Positions 50,208 to 59,725 of a DNA stretch of 64,000 nucleotides are shown one piece after another. How positions within the stretch are numbered: the first letter of the stretch is position 1; every line of letters starts with the position of its first letter. The notes under the pieces are model-generated. The model saw only the letters and a list, made by a program, of their open reading frames with translations, was not told the origin of the DNA and made no database searches. This DNA comes from Rickettsiales bacterium. GTDB lineage: Bacteria > Pseudomonadota > Alphaproteobacteria > Rickettsiales > JABSSG01. Both the position numbers and the translations under genes were made by a program. The stretch covers positions 3,286-67,285 of the forward strand of contig JAGVLN010000013.1 of the NCBI GenBank assembly GCA_020049805.1, given 5' to 3'.

Positions 50208-51138
50208 AACTACTTCCTTTTAATTTAAATTCAGAAGGAATAACAACCCCCAAGCTTAAAGCAGATTTTTCATTAAATTTAAATGCCCTTACCCCAGAAG
50301 ATGTAATATTTTTTTCGATTGCTATCCCATTTAAATGATCTGCAATCATATTACCTAATTTTATTCCATCTTGAAAATAATCAGATCCTAAAGCAAATAC
50401 CACACCTTGAGCAACTAAACTAGGGTCATTTGCTATAACCGGAATTTTTGCCTTTAATGTTAATTGGATTACACTATCGATTGCAGAAACCACTAAATTA
50501 TCCTGAGGTAAATAAATCAAATTTACTTTAGGAATTAATTGCTGCACAGCCAATTTAATATTACTAGAAGAATTAACGCCAACTTTTTCAATATTCAAAC
50601 CATTAGATAATGCTATTTCTTCAAGTTTTTCTGTCATTTTTACAGAGTTTATTTCTCCAGGGTTAAACAATACTCCTATAGTTTTAACCTTAGGCAAAAT
50701 TTTCCTAGTATAGCTTATAAGCTCAGTTATCGGTGGCTGATCATTGACTCCAATAACATTTAGACTATTAGTCAAACCTGCAGCGGCAGGATCAGTTACA
50801 GCTCCAAATGCTAATAATATATTATCTTTTTTCACCTTTAAATCAGCTTGAGCTGAAGGCGTAGCAACCGCAACCATTACAGTAGGATTTAAAGATACTT
50901 GATGTTTAGCAATCTGCACAGCATTAGTAATACTTCCTTGAGCATTATCTATCCTAATTTCTGCTTTATCAGGCATAATACCCCTATCTTTTAAACTCTG
51001 TTCAACACCTTTTGTAACAGCATCAAGTGCAGGATGATTAACAAATTGATTAATGGTGATAAGTACTTTATCTTCTGCTGATGATTGCAAAAACGTACTA
51101 AAAAATAACGTTAATATAATTAATAAATTCCTAAGCAT
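50200..51138 (-). CDS. ABC transporter substrate-binding protein (COG2984 / ABC_sub_bind type; KEGG names the family putative tryptophan/tyrosine transport system)
   Basis: 312 aa. Signal peptide (LIILTLFFSTFLQSSA/ED). Periplasmic-binding-fold pattern INQFVNHPALDAV...GVLFNPGEINS. Confidence 0.7.
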   Translation of the reverse strand: MLRNLLIILTLFFSTFLQSSAEDKVLITINQFVNHPALDAVTKGVEQSLKDRGIMPDKAEIRIDNAQGSITNAVQIAKHQVSLNPTVMVAVATPSAQADLKVKKDNILLAFGAVTDPAAAGLTNSLNVIGVNDQPPITELISYTRKILPKVKTIGVLFNPGEINSVKMTEKLEEIALSNGLNIEKVGVNSSSNIKLAVQQLIPKVNLIYLPQDNLVVSAIDSVIQLTLKAKIPVIANDPSLVAQGVVFALGSDYFQDGIKLGNMIADHLNGIAIEKNITSSGVRAFKFNEKSALSLGVVIPSEFKLKGSSYE

Positions 51139-51232
51139 TTTCTACTCCAAAACTTTATGAGTTAATATAACAAACATTCATTTATTGCTTGTTTTAAAAT
51201 ATTTCTGAAATGTGGGTGTGAGTAGTGGTTTA

Positions 51233-51253
51233 TTTTAGCGCCAGGCGCCAAAA
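51233..51253. repeat. GC-rich palindrome TTTTaGCGCCaGGCGCcAAAA in the ABC-importer leader region
   Basis: GCGCC (51238-51242) and GGCGC (51244-51248) are complementary around a single A, flanked by T4 and A4. It stands out from the very AT-rich spacer. Confidence 0.5.
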
Positions 51254-51405
51254 TAGGAAAAATGATAAGAAAATAATGTGCTTGTAAAATTCTGCATCAC
51301 TATATTATAAAATTGTTAACTTAAAGTATTGTATCAACTTGTTATTAAAAATCAACTACTAAGTTCCAAACATTATTTTAAGCAGTTATATAATAATTAG
51401 TCTAT

Positions 51406-52170
51406 TTATAATTCTAATCCCTTCGCTACGAAATAGGGATTAACAAAATTGCTTTTATTATATAATAATGGCTTATTTTCATAAAATAATGAAATATCTC
51501 CTCCTGCTGCTCTTAAAATAGCATGACCTCCAGCAGTATCCCAAGCCATAGTTTGTGAAAAACATGGGTATAAATTTGCTGTTCCTTCAGCTACCATACA
51601 TAACTTAATCGCACTTGAAATTAAATAGTGATTACGTACTTTATAACCTGCAAGAAATTCTTTTACTTTATTAATATCACTAGAACTGCTAGTTACTATA
51701 TCTACTCCATCCTGGGCTTTGAATTTAGCAGAAATTTGTTCTACATGCATATCGCGATGCCTTTTATAGGCACGATTATTATTAGTAAAATATACTATCT
51801 GCTGTATTGGCAAATATATAACCCCAAAAACAGGTTGAGTGTTATTAACTAACCCTATGCTAACAGCAAAATGTTCATTACCTTTAATAAAGTTCCTGGT
51901 ACCATCTAAAGGATCCACTAACCAGAATTTATCACCAGAAGCAACTTGGCTTCCATAAAAACCTTCTTCGGAAATAATCTCAATATCCTTGGTAAGTTTG
52001 GTTAGTTCTTTTACGATAAACCTATTAGCTTCCAAATCAGCAGTAGTAACAGGGGAATTGTCAGGTTTGTGAATAATTTGAAAGTCAGACCTATAATAGC
52101 GCATTATAATTTTGCCAGCTTCACTGGCTAATTCAATAATTTTACCACATAATTCATCACTGATCGTCAC
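51406..52170 (-). CDS. cysQ: 3'(2'),5'-bisphosphate nucleotidase CysQ / inositol monophosphatase family
   Basis: Metal/substrate motifs EIISEE, WLVDPLDGTRNF and WDTAGGHAILRAAGG. Confidence 0.8.
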   Translation of the reverse strand: MTISDELCGKIIELASEAGKIIMRYYRSDFQIIHKPDNSPVTTADLEANRFIVKELTKLTKDIEIISEEGFYGSQVASGDKFWLVDPLDGTRNFIKGNEHFAVSIGLVNNTQPVFGVIYLPIQQIVYFTNNNRAYKRHRDMHVEQISAKFKAQDGVDIVTSSSSDINKVKEFLAGYKVRNHYLISSAIKLCMVAEGTANLYPCFSQTMAWDTAGGHAILRAAGGDISLFYENKPLLYNKSNFVNPYFVAKGLEL

Positions 52171-52172
52171 AA

Positions 52173-53144
52173 TTATACCACTATAATACTCTGTCCTGTT
52201 GTCTTCCTACTTTCAAGGTTATGATGCGCTAAAGGAACTTGAGTTAATTTATACTTATTTTGAATATTTGCTTTAATAACATTCTGATTAATTAAGCCAA
52301 AAACTTCATGTGCACTTAATAATAACTCATACCTATCTTTTTTATAAGTAAATAAACTTGGTCTTGTTACAAACTTCCCTTTTTCTAAGAGTTTATTTAT
52401 ATCAAGTAATGGTGCTGGACCAGAAGATTGGCCATAACATGCTAATAATCCAAAATAACCCACACATTCTAAAGATTTCTCAAATGTATCCTTACCTACT
52501 GAATCGTAAACAACAGCCACTCCCTGATTCTTAGTAATCTCATTAACTCTTTTTAAAAAATCTTCATTCTTATAATTAATTACGTGATCTACCCCAAGCG
52601 AAGAAACTAATTTAGCTTTTTCATCAGAACCTACTACTGCAATCACAGTAGCTCCATAATGCTTTGCTAGCACACAAAGTAACTGCCCTACACCACCAGC
52701 TGCAGCATGTATTAAAACTGTAGTTGTATTTCTCACAAAAAAAGTTCTACGTAGAAGAAAATGAGCAGTCATACCTTTCAATAATAGCGCTGCCGCTTGC
52801 TCATCTGATATATAATCTGGGACATTGATTAAATATTTTTGATCGATTATCCTAGCTTCGCAATAGGCTCCATATGGCGCAGTAGCATAAGCCACACGGT
52901 CACCTACTTTAATTCCTTGTACGCCTTCTCCTACTTCCTCTACTACTCCACACGCTTCACACCCAATAATTCCTGGTAGCGGGATAGGCATAGTTCCCTT
53001 ACGCTGATTAACATCAATAAAATTAAGCCCAATCGTATGTTGATATACTAAAACTTCTCCAGGACCTGGTTTATTCAATTTTATCTCTTTTAATTGGAAA
53101 ACATCTGGCTCTCCAAAATGATCGATTACTACTGCTTTAACCAT
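52173..53144 (-). CDS. qor: NADPH:quinone oxidoreductase (zeta-crystallin/MDR family)
   Basis: GEVLVYQHTIGLNFID, PGIIGCEACGVV, and Rossmann motif IHAAAGGVGQLL. 323 aa. Confidence 0.82.
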   Translation of the reverse strand: MVKAVVIDHFGEPDVFQLKEIKLNKPGPGEVLVYQHTIGLNFIDVNQRKGTMPIPLPGIIGCEACGVVEEVGEGVQGIKVGDRVAYATAPYGAYCEARIIDQKYLINVPDYISDEQAAALLLKGMTAHFLLRRTFFVRNTTTVLIHAAAGGVGQLLCVLAKHYGATVIAVVGSDEKAKLVSSLGVDHVINYKNEDFLKRVNEITKNQGVAVVYDSVGKDTFEKSLECVGYFGLLACYGQSSGPAPLLDINKLLEKGKFVTRPSLFTYKKDRYELLLSAHEVFGLINQNVIKANIQNKYKLTQVPLAHHNLESRKTTGQSIIVV

Positions 53145-53245
53145 AAATCCCTCTAATGAAGTAATTATTTAGATTTTTAGTGCATTTTTAGCCACCTTCT
53201 TGTATTTTAACTCATATAAAACAGAAAGTGCAATAGATTTAGATT

Positions 53246-53395
53246 ATGAACGACTACGATTTGATAATATATTTAAGCTACGTTATTTTTTTTATTATGA
53301 TTTTAGGAATAGCTATCAAAAGTTCAATTGATTTTTATCATACTAAAACTACATTAAACCATATTAAAAACGAAAATAATGACCAAAAAAGGTAA
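53246..53395 (+). CDS. ccmD: CcmD-like heme exporter small membrane protein (49 aa; not in the ORF track)
   Basis: ATG 53246 to TAA 53393-53395 translates to MNDYDLIIYLSYVIFFIMILGIAIKSSIDFYHTKTTLNHIKNENNDQKR. It has one TM helix with the Y...SY pattern of CcmD followed by a basic/polar tail. 17-nt overlap with the ccmE start. Confidence 0.5.
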   Translation: MNDYDLIIYLSYVIFFIMILGIAIKSSIDFYHTKTTLNHIKNENNDQKR

Positions 53396-53807
53396 ACGTA
53401 TTGTTTTTATTATTAGCATAATAGCAATTATATCTTCTGCTTTAGCTATCTTAATGAATAGCCTGAGCAAAAATATTATGTTTTTTATGACTCCTACAGA
53501 AGTAATGGAATCAAAACATTTACAAGATCAAATAATTCGTGTTGGTGGCTTAGTAAAGAAAAATAGCATTCATAATAATAATACTACCATTGACTTTATT
53601 TTGACTGACTGCCAACAAGATATAACTGTATATTATAAAGGGCTATTACCTAATCTTTTTCGTGAAGGACAAGGCATTATTGCTACTGGTAAAATTGAAA
53701 ACAATAAATTATTTGCTACAGAATTATTAGCTAAGCATGATGAAAAATATATTCCTAAGGAACTATATAAAGCTACTATAAACCAAGATATGTGCAAAAA
53801 TAACTGA
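53379..53807 (+). CDS. ccmE: Cytochrome c-type biogenesis heme chaperone CcmE
   Basis: N-terminal anchor, OB-fold core (RVGGLV, LPNLFREGQGIIATG) and the heme-binding His in LAKHDEKYIP. Confidence 0.93.
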   Translation: MTKKGKRIVFIISIIAIISSALAILMNSLSKNIMFFMTPTEVMESKHLQDQIIRVGGLVKKNSIHNNNTTIDFILTDCQQDITVYYKGLLPNLFREGQGIIATGKIENNKLFATELLAKHDEKYIPKELYKATINQDMCKNN

Positions 53808-53808
53808 T

Positions 53809-55704
53809 ATGATATCAACTTTTGGCAATTTTATTCTATATGCAGTATTAGGAATTAATTTACTATCGTTTATTAAAATAATTTTCCTAATTAAAAATAA
53901 AACATCTTTTATAAGATATATCAAATTCTATACTGATTTAACTTTTATATTCTTATCCTTTGCTTTTCTTACCTTAATGTATGCGTTTATAACTAGTGAT
54001 TACTCATTGAATATAGTACTTAACCATTCTCATGAATCTAAACCTCTTATTTATAAACTAAGTGGCCTATGGGCTAATCATGAAGGTTCCATGCTACTAT
54101 GGATATGGATTTTCTCTTTATTTAATATAATATTTTTATATTATAATAGCTTTTCCCAAATCAATGCAGCCAAGATACTTAGTCTTCAATCTTTAATTTT
54201 ACTCACATTTTTAGTATTTATTATAATTACTTCTAATCCTTTTTTACCTTCTCAAGAGTATTTTCCTACTGGTAAAGGCTTAAACCCATTACTTCAGGAT
54301 TTAGGGTTATTAATACATCCTCCAACACTTTATCTGGGCTTTGTAAATTTTTCTCTAGGATTTTCTGCAGCAATTATTGCTTTATTAAACGGAACCACTC
54401 CTAATAAATGGTTCACTGATTTAAAACCATGGATTATGACTCCCTGGGTATGCCTTACATGCGGCATAGGATTGGGAAGTTGGTGGGCTTATAGAGAATT
54501 AGGTTGGGGAGGGTTTTGGTTTTGGGATCCAGTAGAAAATGCCTCGCTTCTTCCATGGCTTTCAGCTACAGCTCTTATTCATTCTGTAAGAATAGCTAGC
54601 ATCAAAGGCAGTTTAAAATTATGGTCTTTATTTCTATCAATAATCACCTTCATTTTGACTATTTTCGGAACATTTTTAGTGCGATCTGGTATAGTAACTT
54701 CTGTACATAGCTTTGCTTTAGATGCCACTAAAGGTACTGTTATTTTTGCTATATTGATTTTTATTATACTAATAAGCCTTATTATATTTTATTGGCGCAA
54801 ATCTACTATTAAAAGCACCTATATTAATAACTTATTTAGCAAGGATGGTGGCATTCTTCTTAATAATATTTTATTAATCTCTCTAGCTAGTGCTATTTTA
54901 ATCGGAATTTTATATCCAATTTTCTACGAATATTTCTATCACACTTCTATTTCTATAAACGAAAACTATTACGTTACGATTACAAAAATTATTATTTTAC
55001 CTTTAATTATACTTATCTCAATTTTTGCCTTCTTGAAATGGGACAACGATCATATTAAAACTTATATCAAACCTTGGAGTTATATATTTATTATAAGTAT
55101 ATTATTTACTGGGATAACTTATCTTTATAAACCTTTCTCTATTTTCAGTTTTATTATATTAACCTTTGCTTTTTTCTTACTTACTAGTTTGTGTTTTAAC
55201 TTTATAAAAAAACTAATATCAAAAACTTTATATTCTCCTAATACAATTGCAATGCTTTTAAGTCATATGGGACTAGCATTAATCATTATAGCTATAACTT
55301 TGAATCAAAACTGGCAGCAAGAAAATAGCGTTATGATGAAAATAGATACCACTACTAACTTTGCTAATTATAAAATTAAATTAGACGCAATAAATTATAA
55401 TAAAAACTCTAATTTTTTATCACGAGAAGCAAAAGTGATTATTTATAATCATAATAATATCGAATTAACAACTCTTTACCCAGAAACACGTTTTTACCCT
55501 GTAGAAAACGTCTTTACTACTGAAAGTGCAGTACACCACTCTCTTACTACTGATTTATATATTACGATAGGAGAAATTTTACCCGGAAATAGAGTTATGG
55601 TTAATTTACAATACAAACCATTTATTATGTGGATTTGGGCAAGTATTATATTTATGGTTAGTGGCGGTTTAATATCTTTAACTAAGAATAGAATGAAACC
55701 ATGA
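53809..55704 (+). CDS. ccmF: Cytochrome c-type biogenesis heme lyase subunit CcmF
   Basis: 631 aa. WWD motif region WGGFWFWDPVENASLLPW. Confidence 0.93.
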   Translation: MISTFGNFILYAVLGINLLSFIKIIFLIKNKTSFIRYIKFYTDLTFIFLSFAFLTLMYAFITSDYSLNIVLNHSHESKPLIYKLSGLWANHEGSMLLWIWIFSLFNIIFLYYNSFSQINAAKILSLQSLILLTFLVFIIITSNPFLPSQEYFPTGKGLNPLLQDLGLLIHPPTLYLGFVNFSLGFSAAIIALLNGTTPNKWFTDLKPWIMTPWVCLTCGIGLGSWWAYRELGWGGFWFWDPVENASLLPWLSATALIHSVRIASIKGSLKLWSLFLSIITFILTIFGTFLVRSGIVTSVHSFALDATKGTVIFAILIFIILISLIIFYWRKSTIKSTYINNLFSKDGGILLNNILLISLASAILIGILYPIFYEYFYHTSISINENYYVTITKIIILPLIILISIFAFLKWDNDHIKTYIKPWSYIFIISILFTGITYLYKPFSIFSFIILTFAFFLLTSLCFNFIKKLISKTLYSPNTIAMLLSHMGLALIIIAITLNQNWQQENSVMMKIDTTTNFANYKIKLDAINYNKNSNFLSREAKVIIYNHNNIELTTLYPETRFYPVENVFTTESAVHHSLTTDLYITIGEILPGNRVMVNLQYKPFIMWIWASIIFMVSGGLISLTKNRMKP

Positions 55705-56561
55705 ATAGTTTACAAATAAATTCTCCTGCTAAAATTAATTTATTTTTACATGTAACGAGTCAAATTCCTACCGGTTATCATACTTTAGACAGCTTAGTAG
55801 CTTTTACCCAAGATATTTATGACATTATTTCCATTAGTCATTCTGATAAATATCACTTAGATATAAATGGACCTTTTGCAGAGAAACTACGAGCTCATAA
55901 TAACATAATTACTACTGCAGTAAATTTGTTAAGCAAACAATATAATCTAGCGCCAACAATAAAAATTTCTTTAACCAAAAACTTGCCTATAGCTTCAGGA
56001 ATTGGTGGAGGATCAGGGAATGCTGCATCAGTTGTAAAATTATTATGTCAGTTATGGAATTTAAATCCTTCTAAACAAGAACTGTTAGTAATTCTAAAAA
56101 AGCTTGGAGCTGATGTACCGATGTTTTATATTAATCATGCATGCTACTTCAACGGTATAGGTGAAATCCTGGCACCATTAACTAGCTTTCCCGAACTATG
56201 GGCAATACTAATTAACCCTGGTATTACTATTTCTACACCTGACATTTTTAAAATGGGGCTAAAGCAGCACTTTAAACCAGAAATCACTCACCGATACTCT
56301 TTTAACAACACTCACAAATTAATAAACTTCTTAAACGATACTCAGAATGATTTGTATTTTAATTCTTTAAAATTAGCTCCTATACTAGATGACATTATAA
56401 AAACTTTAGCTAGCACAGAAGGTTGTATGTTAGCACGCATGTCTGGAAGCGGCGCAACTTGTTTTGGTTTATTTGAAAATATAGAACAAGCGGAAAATAA
56501 CTTAAAGATATTACGAAAAACATTTCCAGAGTTTTGGATAAAGCTGACTAAATTAATATAA
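55701..56561 (+). CDS. ispE: 4-diphosphocytidyl-2-C-methyl-D-erythritol kinase
   Basis: PAKINLFLHV and the GHMP kinase motif NLPIASGIGGGSGNAA. Confidence 0.9.
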   Translation: MNSLQINSPAKINLFLHVTSQIPTGYHTLDSLVAFTQDIYDIISISHSDKYHLDINGPFAEKLRAHNNIITTAVNLLSKQYNLAPTIKISLTKNLPIASGIGGGSGNAASVVKLLCQLWNLNPSKQELLVILKKLGADVPMFYINHACYFNGIGEILAPLTSFPELWAILINPGITISTPDIFKMGLKQHFKPEITHRYSFNNTHKLINFLNDTQNDLYFNSLKLAPILDDIIKTLASTEGCMLARMSGSGATCFGLFENIEQAENNLKILRKTFPEFWIKLTKLI

Positions 56562-56573
56562 TCGAGGAATACT

Positions 56574-57161
56574 ATGTTTTGGAAAAAAAGAAAAGAAGAA
56601 GGTGGTATACAATACGCAACTCTTAATCAAAGGTTGTTTGCCTCAATGATAGATCTTTTTTTATTAATGTTGATTTGGACACCAATTGAAACTTTATTAA
56701 TGAAAGCAATATATAAAGATCAACTAATGCCTAACCAAGAATTTTCTATCTTGTTCCAACAAAAAGCTGAAAAATATATAGAGCTAGAAAAACCTATATC
56801 AACCGATTTAATTATTAGCACCTTTGAAGAATTGTCCAAGTCACATAGTATAATAAGCATCTTTTTTGAACAAATAATAACTTTAATTCTGCTTGTTATT
56901 TTAATGTTTATATTTTGGATTAAGAAACAAGCAACTCCAGGAAAAATGTTCTTATCCTTAAAAATTGTTGATAACGCCACTTTACAACCACCAACAATGT
57001 CGCAGTATATAATTAGGATTCTTTCTTATCCTATTTCGATAATACCATTAGGTATGGGTATATTCTATATGGCATTTAATAAGAAAAAACGTGCTTGGCA
57101 TGATTTTTTTGCAGGCACTGCTGTAATTAGAGTTAAAAAGAAAAAAAATGATAAACAGTAA
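56574..57161 (+). CDS. RDD family membrane protein
   Basis: QRLFASMIDLF (R..D) near the N-terminus and RAWHDFFAGTAVIR (D) near the C-terminus, with TM helices between. Confidence 0.7.
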   Translation: MFWKKRKEEGGIQYATLNQRLFASMIDLFLLMLIWTPIETLLMKAIYKDQLMPNQEFSILFQQKAEKYIELEKPISTDLIISTFEELSKSHSIISIFFEQIITLILLVILMFIFWIKKQATPGKMFLSLKIVDNATLQPPTMSQYIIRILSYPISIIPLGMGIFYMAFNKKKRAWHDFFAGTAVIRVKKKKNDKQ

Positions 57162-58536
57162 AATTAATAAATTTTATGGGATATTAGGGTTAGGCAGGAC
57201 AGGATTAAGCGCAGCTGCGTTTATGTTAAAAAATCAAATAAACTTTATTGCATGGGATGACAACATCCAAAACAGAGATAATGCATTACAACAATATCCA
57301 AACTTAAAACTTATGGATACTAATGATCCTCAATGGTTACAAATTAATTGTTTGGTGATTAGTCCAGGAATACCTACTAGCTTCCCAAAAGCCCACCCAT
57401 TAGCTGAAAAATTACAAAAAAATAATATACCTATAATATGCGATATCGAATTATTATACCTAGCAAATCAATCTGCAAAATTTGTTGGAATAACTGGTAC
57501 AAATGGTAAATCTACTACCACCAAATTAATTGGACATATCTTACAAAGTAATAAAATAAAAAATTGTGTAGGTGGAAATATAGGTACGGGTGTTTTATCA
57601 CTGGAGCCATTAAAAGATGATGGAGTTTATGTAATAGAAACTTCTTCTTTTCAACTCGAACTCCTTGATCAAACTCATTTTAATATCTCAGTATTACTTA
57701 ACATTACTCCTGATCATTTAGATCGTCATAATACTATGGAAAATTACATTAAAGCAAAATGCAACATCTTTAAACATCAATCTAAGACAGATTGTGCAAT
57801 TATTTCAGTAGATAACCCTATAACTAAAAAAATATATCAAAAACTAAAGCTCGAAGGAAGAATAGGTACTATTATTCCAATCTCAACTAAAACAAAAATA
57901 AAAAATGGTATTAGTATTATAAATAACCATCTTGAATGTGACATTATTAAACCCCTTTCATATGACCTTCCTTTATTAACGTACCTTAAAGGGGAACATA
58001 ATGCAGAAAATATTGCAGCAAGTTATGCAGCTTCATTATTTTTAGGGCTTCAACCACAAGACATTATCCAAGCAATAACTTCTTTTCAAGGCTTAGAACA
58101 TCGTCTCCAATTTATTGACCGCTATAGAAACATATTATTTTTTAATGATAGCAAAGCTACCAATGCAGAATCCACTGAGAAAGCTTTAGCTTCATTTCCC
58201 AATAACATATATTGGATTGTTGGGGGAAAGCCTAAACAAGATGGTATTAAAACCTTAGCGACTTTATTTAACCGTATAAAGCATGCCTTTATTATAGGTG
58301 ATGCTCAAGAAGAATTTGCTAAAACCATGGATAATATAGTGCCCTATACGAAATCTGGAAATCTTGAAACTGCCTTTACTCAAGCAACAAACATGGCTTT
58401 GCAAGACTCCTCAACTGAAGATAAAATTATTTTACTTTCCCCAGCTTGCGCTTCATATGATCAGTGGAAAGATTTTGAAGAACGTGGTCAGGCTTTTTGT
58501 CATTTTGTATATAACTTTCTGGATAAATGCCGGTGA
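57148..58536 (+). CDS. murD: UDP-N-acetylmuramoylalanine--D-glutamate ligase
   Basis: ILGLGRTGLS, GITGTNGKSTTT and NDSKATN. 462 aa. Confidence 0.92.
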   Translation: MINSKINKFYGILGLGRTGLSAAAFMLKNQINFIAWDDNIQNRDNALQQYPNLKLMDTNDPQWLQINCLVISPGIPTSFPKAHPLAEKLQKNNIPIICDIELLYLANQSAKFVGITGTNGKSTTTKLIGHILQSNKIKNCVGGNIGTGVLSLEPLKDDGVYVIETSSFQLELLDQTHFNISVLLNITPDHLDRHNTMENYIKAKCNIFKHQSKTDCAIISVDNPITKKIYQKLKLEGRIGTIIPISTKTKIKNGISIINNHLECDIIKPLSYDLPLLTYLKGEHNAENIAASYAASLFLGLQPQDIIQAITSFQGLEHRLQFIDRYRNILFFNDSKATNAESTEKALASFPNNIYWIVGGKPKQDGIKTLATLFNRIKHAFIIGDAQEEFAKTMDNIVPYTKSGNLETAFTQATNMALQDSSTEDKIILLSPACASYDQWKDFEERGQAFCHFVYNFLDKCR

Positions 58537-58540
58537 TATT

Positions 58541-58882
58541 ATGTTATCCACTTACAAATTTGGTATAATTGCAGAATATTTAGCAATTATTCTACTAAAA
58601 ATAAAAATGTATAAAATTATTGCTATTCGCTATAGAAACCATGCAGGAGAAATAGATATCATTGCCTTAAAAAGTAATGTCATAATTTTTGTAGAAGTTA
58701 AGGCCAGAAAGACTCTTAACTTAGATTACGATCCAGTCCAATATAAACAAATAAAGCGTTTACAAAATGCTGCTTCTTTATTTTTAGCACATCATACTAA
58801 ATTTCAGGATAAAGAAGTAAGGTTTGACTTAATTATTATATCAGGAAACAATATTCCTAAACACTTAAAAAATGTGTGGTAA
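58541..58882 (+). CDS. yraN: YraN family (UPF0102) endonuclease-like protein
   Basis: GIIAEYLAIILLKIKMYKIIAIRYRNHAGEIDIIA...IIFVEVKARK. Start set at ATG 58541, 4 nt after the murD stop. The track ORF extends upstream into murD. Confidence 0.8.
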   Translation: MLSTYKFGIIAEYLAIILLKIKMYKIIAIRYRNHAGEIDIIALKSNVIIFVEVKARKTLNLDYDPVQYKQIKRLQNAASLFLAHHTKFQDKEVRFDLIIISGNNIPKHLKNVW

Positions 58883-58885
58883 GAA

Positions 58886-59725
58886 ATGATACGTAACAAT
58901 ATCTTAGAGCGAATTAAAAATAACATTTTATATAAATGTATTTATAACCTTATAAAGCATGAAGCTATAGAATATGCAGGATATCTTACATATTTGAATG
59001 TTTTATCTATTTTCCCTTTTATTTTTATCTTATTCGCTTTCATAAGCATTATTGATGAGACCCAGCTTGGGATTTCTTTTTTTAATTATATTATGCACCA
59101 TTTACCTCCCTATGTATTAGAAACCTTTGGTACACAAATTAATGAGATTATTAATGGCCCTCCTATTAGCTTAATGAATGTAGCTTTAATAGGCGCGGTA
59201 TGGACTGCATCCTCTTCTGTGGAAGCTTTGAAATCAATATTTAATAAAATATATTTGGTTCAAGACAAGACTTCTTATATTATAGGTAGAATAACCAGTG
59301 TTATGCAATTTTTGATAATTATTTTACTAATAATCGTCACTTTAACTATCTTTATTATTATACCAAAAATATTATCAATATTACCTGTTATTTCGCAATA
59401 TCAAGCGTTTCAATTCCGGCCTAATTACTTTCTATTTAATATAATATTATTGTTAATAGTAGCTACCATATATTATACCCTGACAAATGCTAAAATCACC
59501 TTCCATTCAACATTACCTGGAGCGATAATAACTATTATTTTATGGACAATCAGTGGGAATGCTCTTTCATACTATATGACACATTTTAATCAAGTAAGCG
59601 TGATGTATGGTAGCCTTGCTAGTATTATTATTACTTTAATGTTTTTATATATAATTAATCTTATACTAATATTAGGAGCAGAGTTTAACCACTTACTTAG
59701 CAAACGTAATTTGCTTAATAAATAA
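58886..59725 (+). CDS. YihY/virulence factor BrkB family inner membrane protein
   Basis: 279 aa, about 6 TM helices. N-terminal HEAIEYAGYLTYLNVLSIFPF and C-terminal LILGAEFNHLL are typical of the family. Confidence 0.78.
   Translation: MIRNNILERIKNNILYKCIYNLIKHEAIEYAGYLTYLNVLSIFPFIFILFAFISIIDETQLGISFFNYIMHHLPPYVLETFGTQINEIINGPPISLMNVALIGAVWTASSSVEALKSIFNKIYLVQDKTSYIIGRITSVMQFLIIILLIIVTLTIFIIIPKILSILPVISQYQAFQFRPNYFLFNIILLLIVATIYYTLTNAKITFHSTLPGAIITIILWTISGNALSYYMTHFNQVSVMYGSLASIIITLMFLYIINLILILGAEFNHLLSKRNLLNK

Noticed and set aside
51352-51362. The 11-mer TCAACTACTAA is shared between this spacer and the nrdA leader (42446-42456). ATCAACT is also directly repeated at 51333 and 51351, and TCAACTA occurs in the 35738 palindrome.
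   Set aside because: A rough estimate gives on the order of 0.1-0.2 chance 11-mer matches between two AT-rich spacers of this size. Flanks do not match. This is not enough to claim a shared regulatory motif without a genome-wide count.
58364-58540. Upstream extension of the yraN ORF overlapping the last 59 codons of murD in another frame.
   Set aside because: The conserved YraN sequence begins at the ATG at 58541, 4 nt after the murD stop. The extension has no homology-like features.
58544-58552. DnaA-box-like TTATCCACT (8/9 match to TTATCCACA).
   Set aside because: It is a single copy inside the yraN coding start, with no cluster of boxes or adjacent AT-rich unwinding element. It is not an origin.
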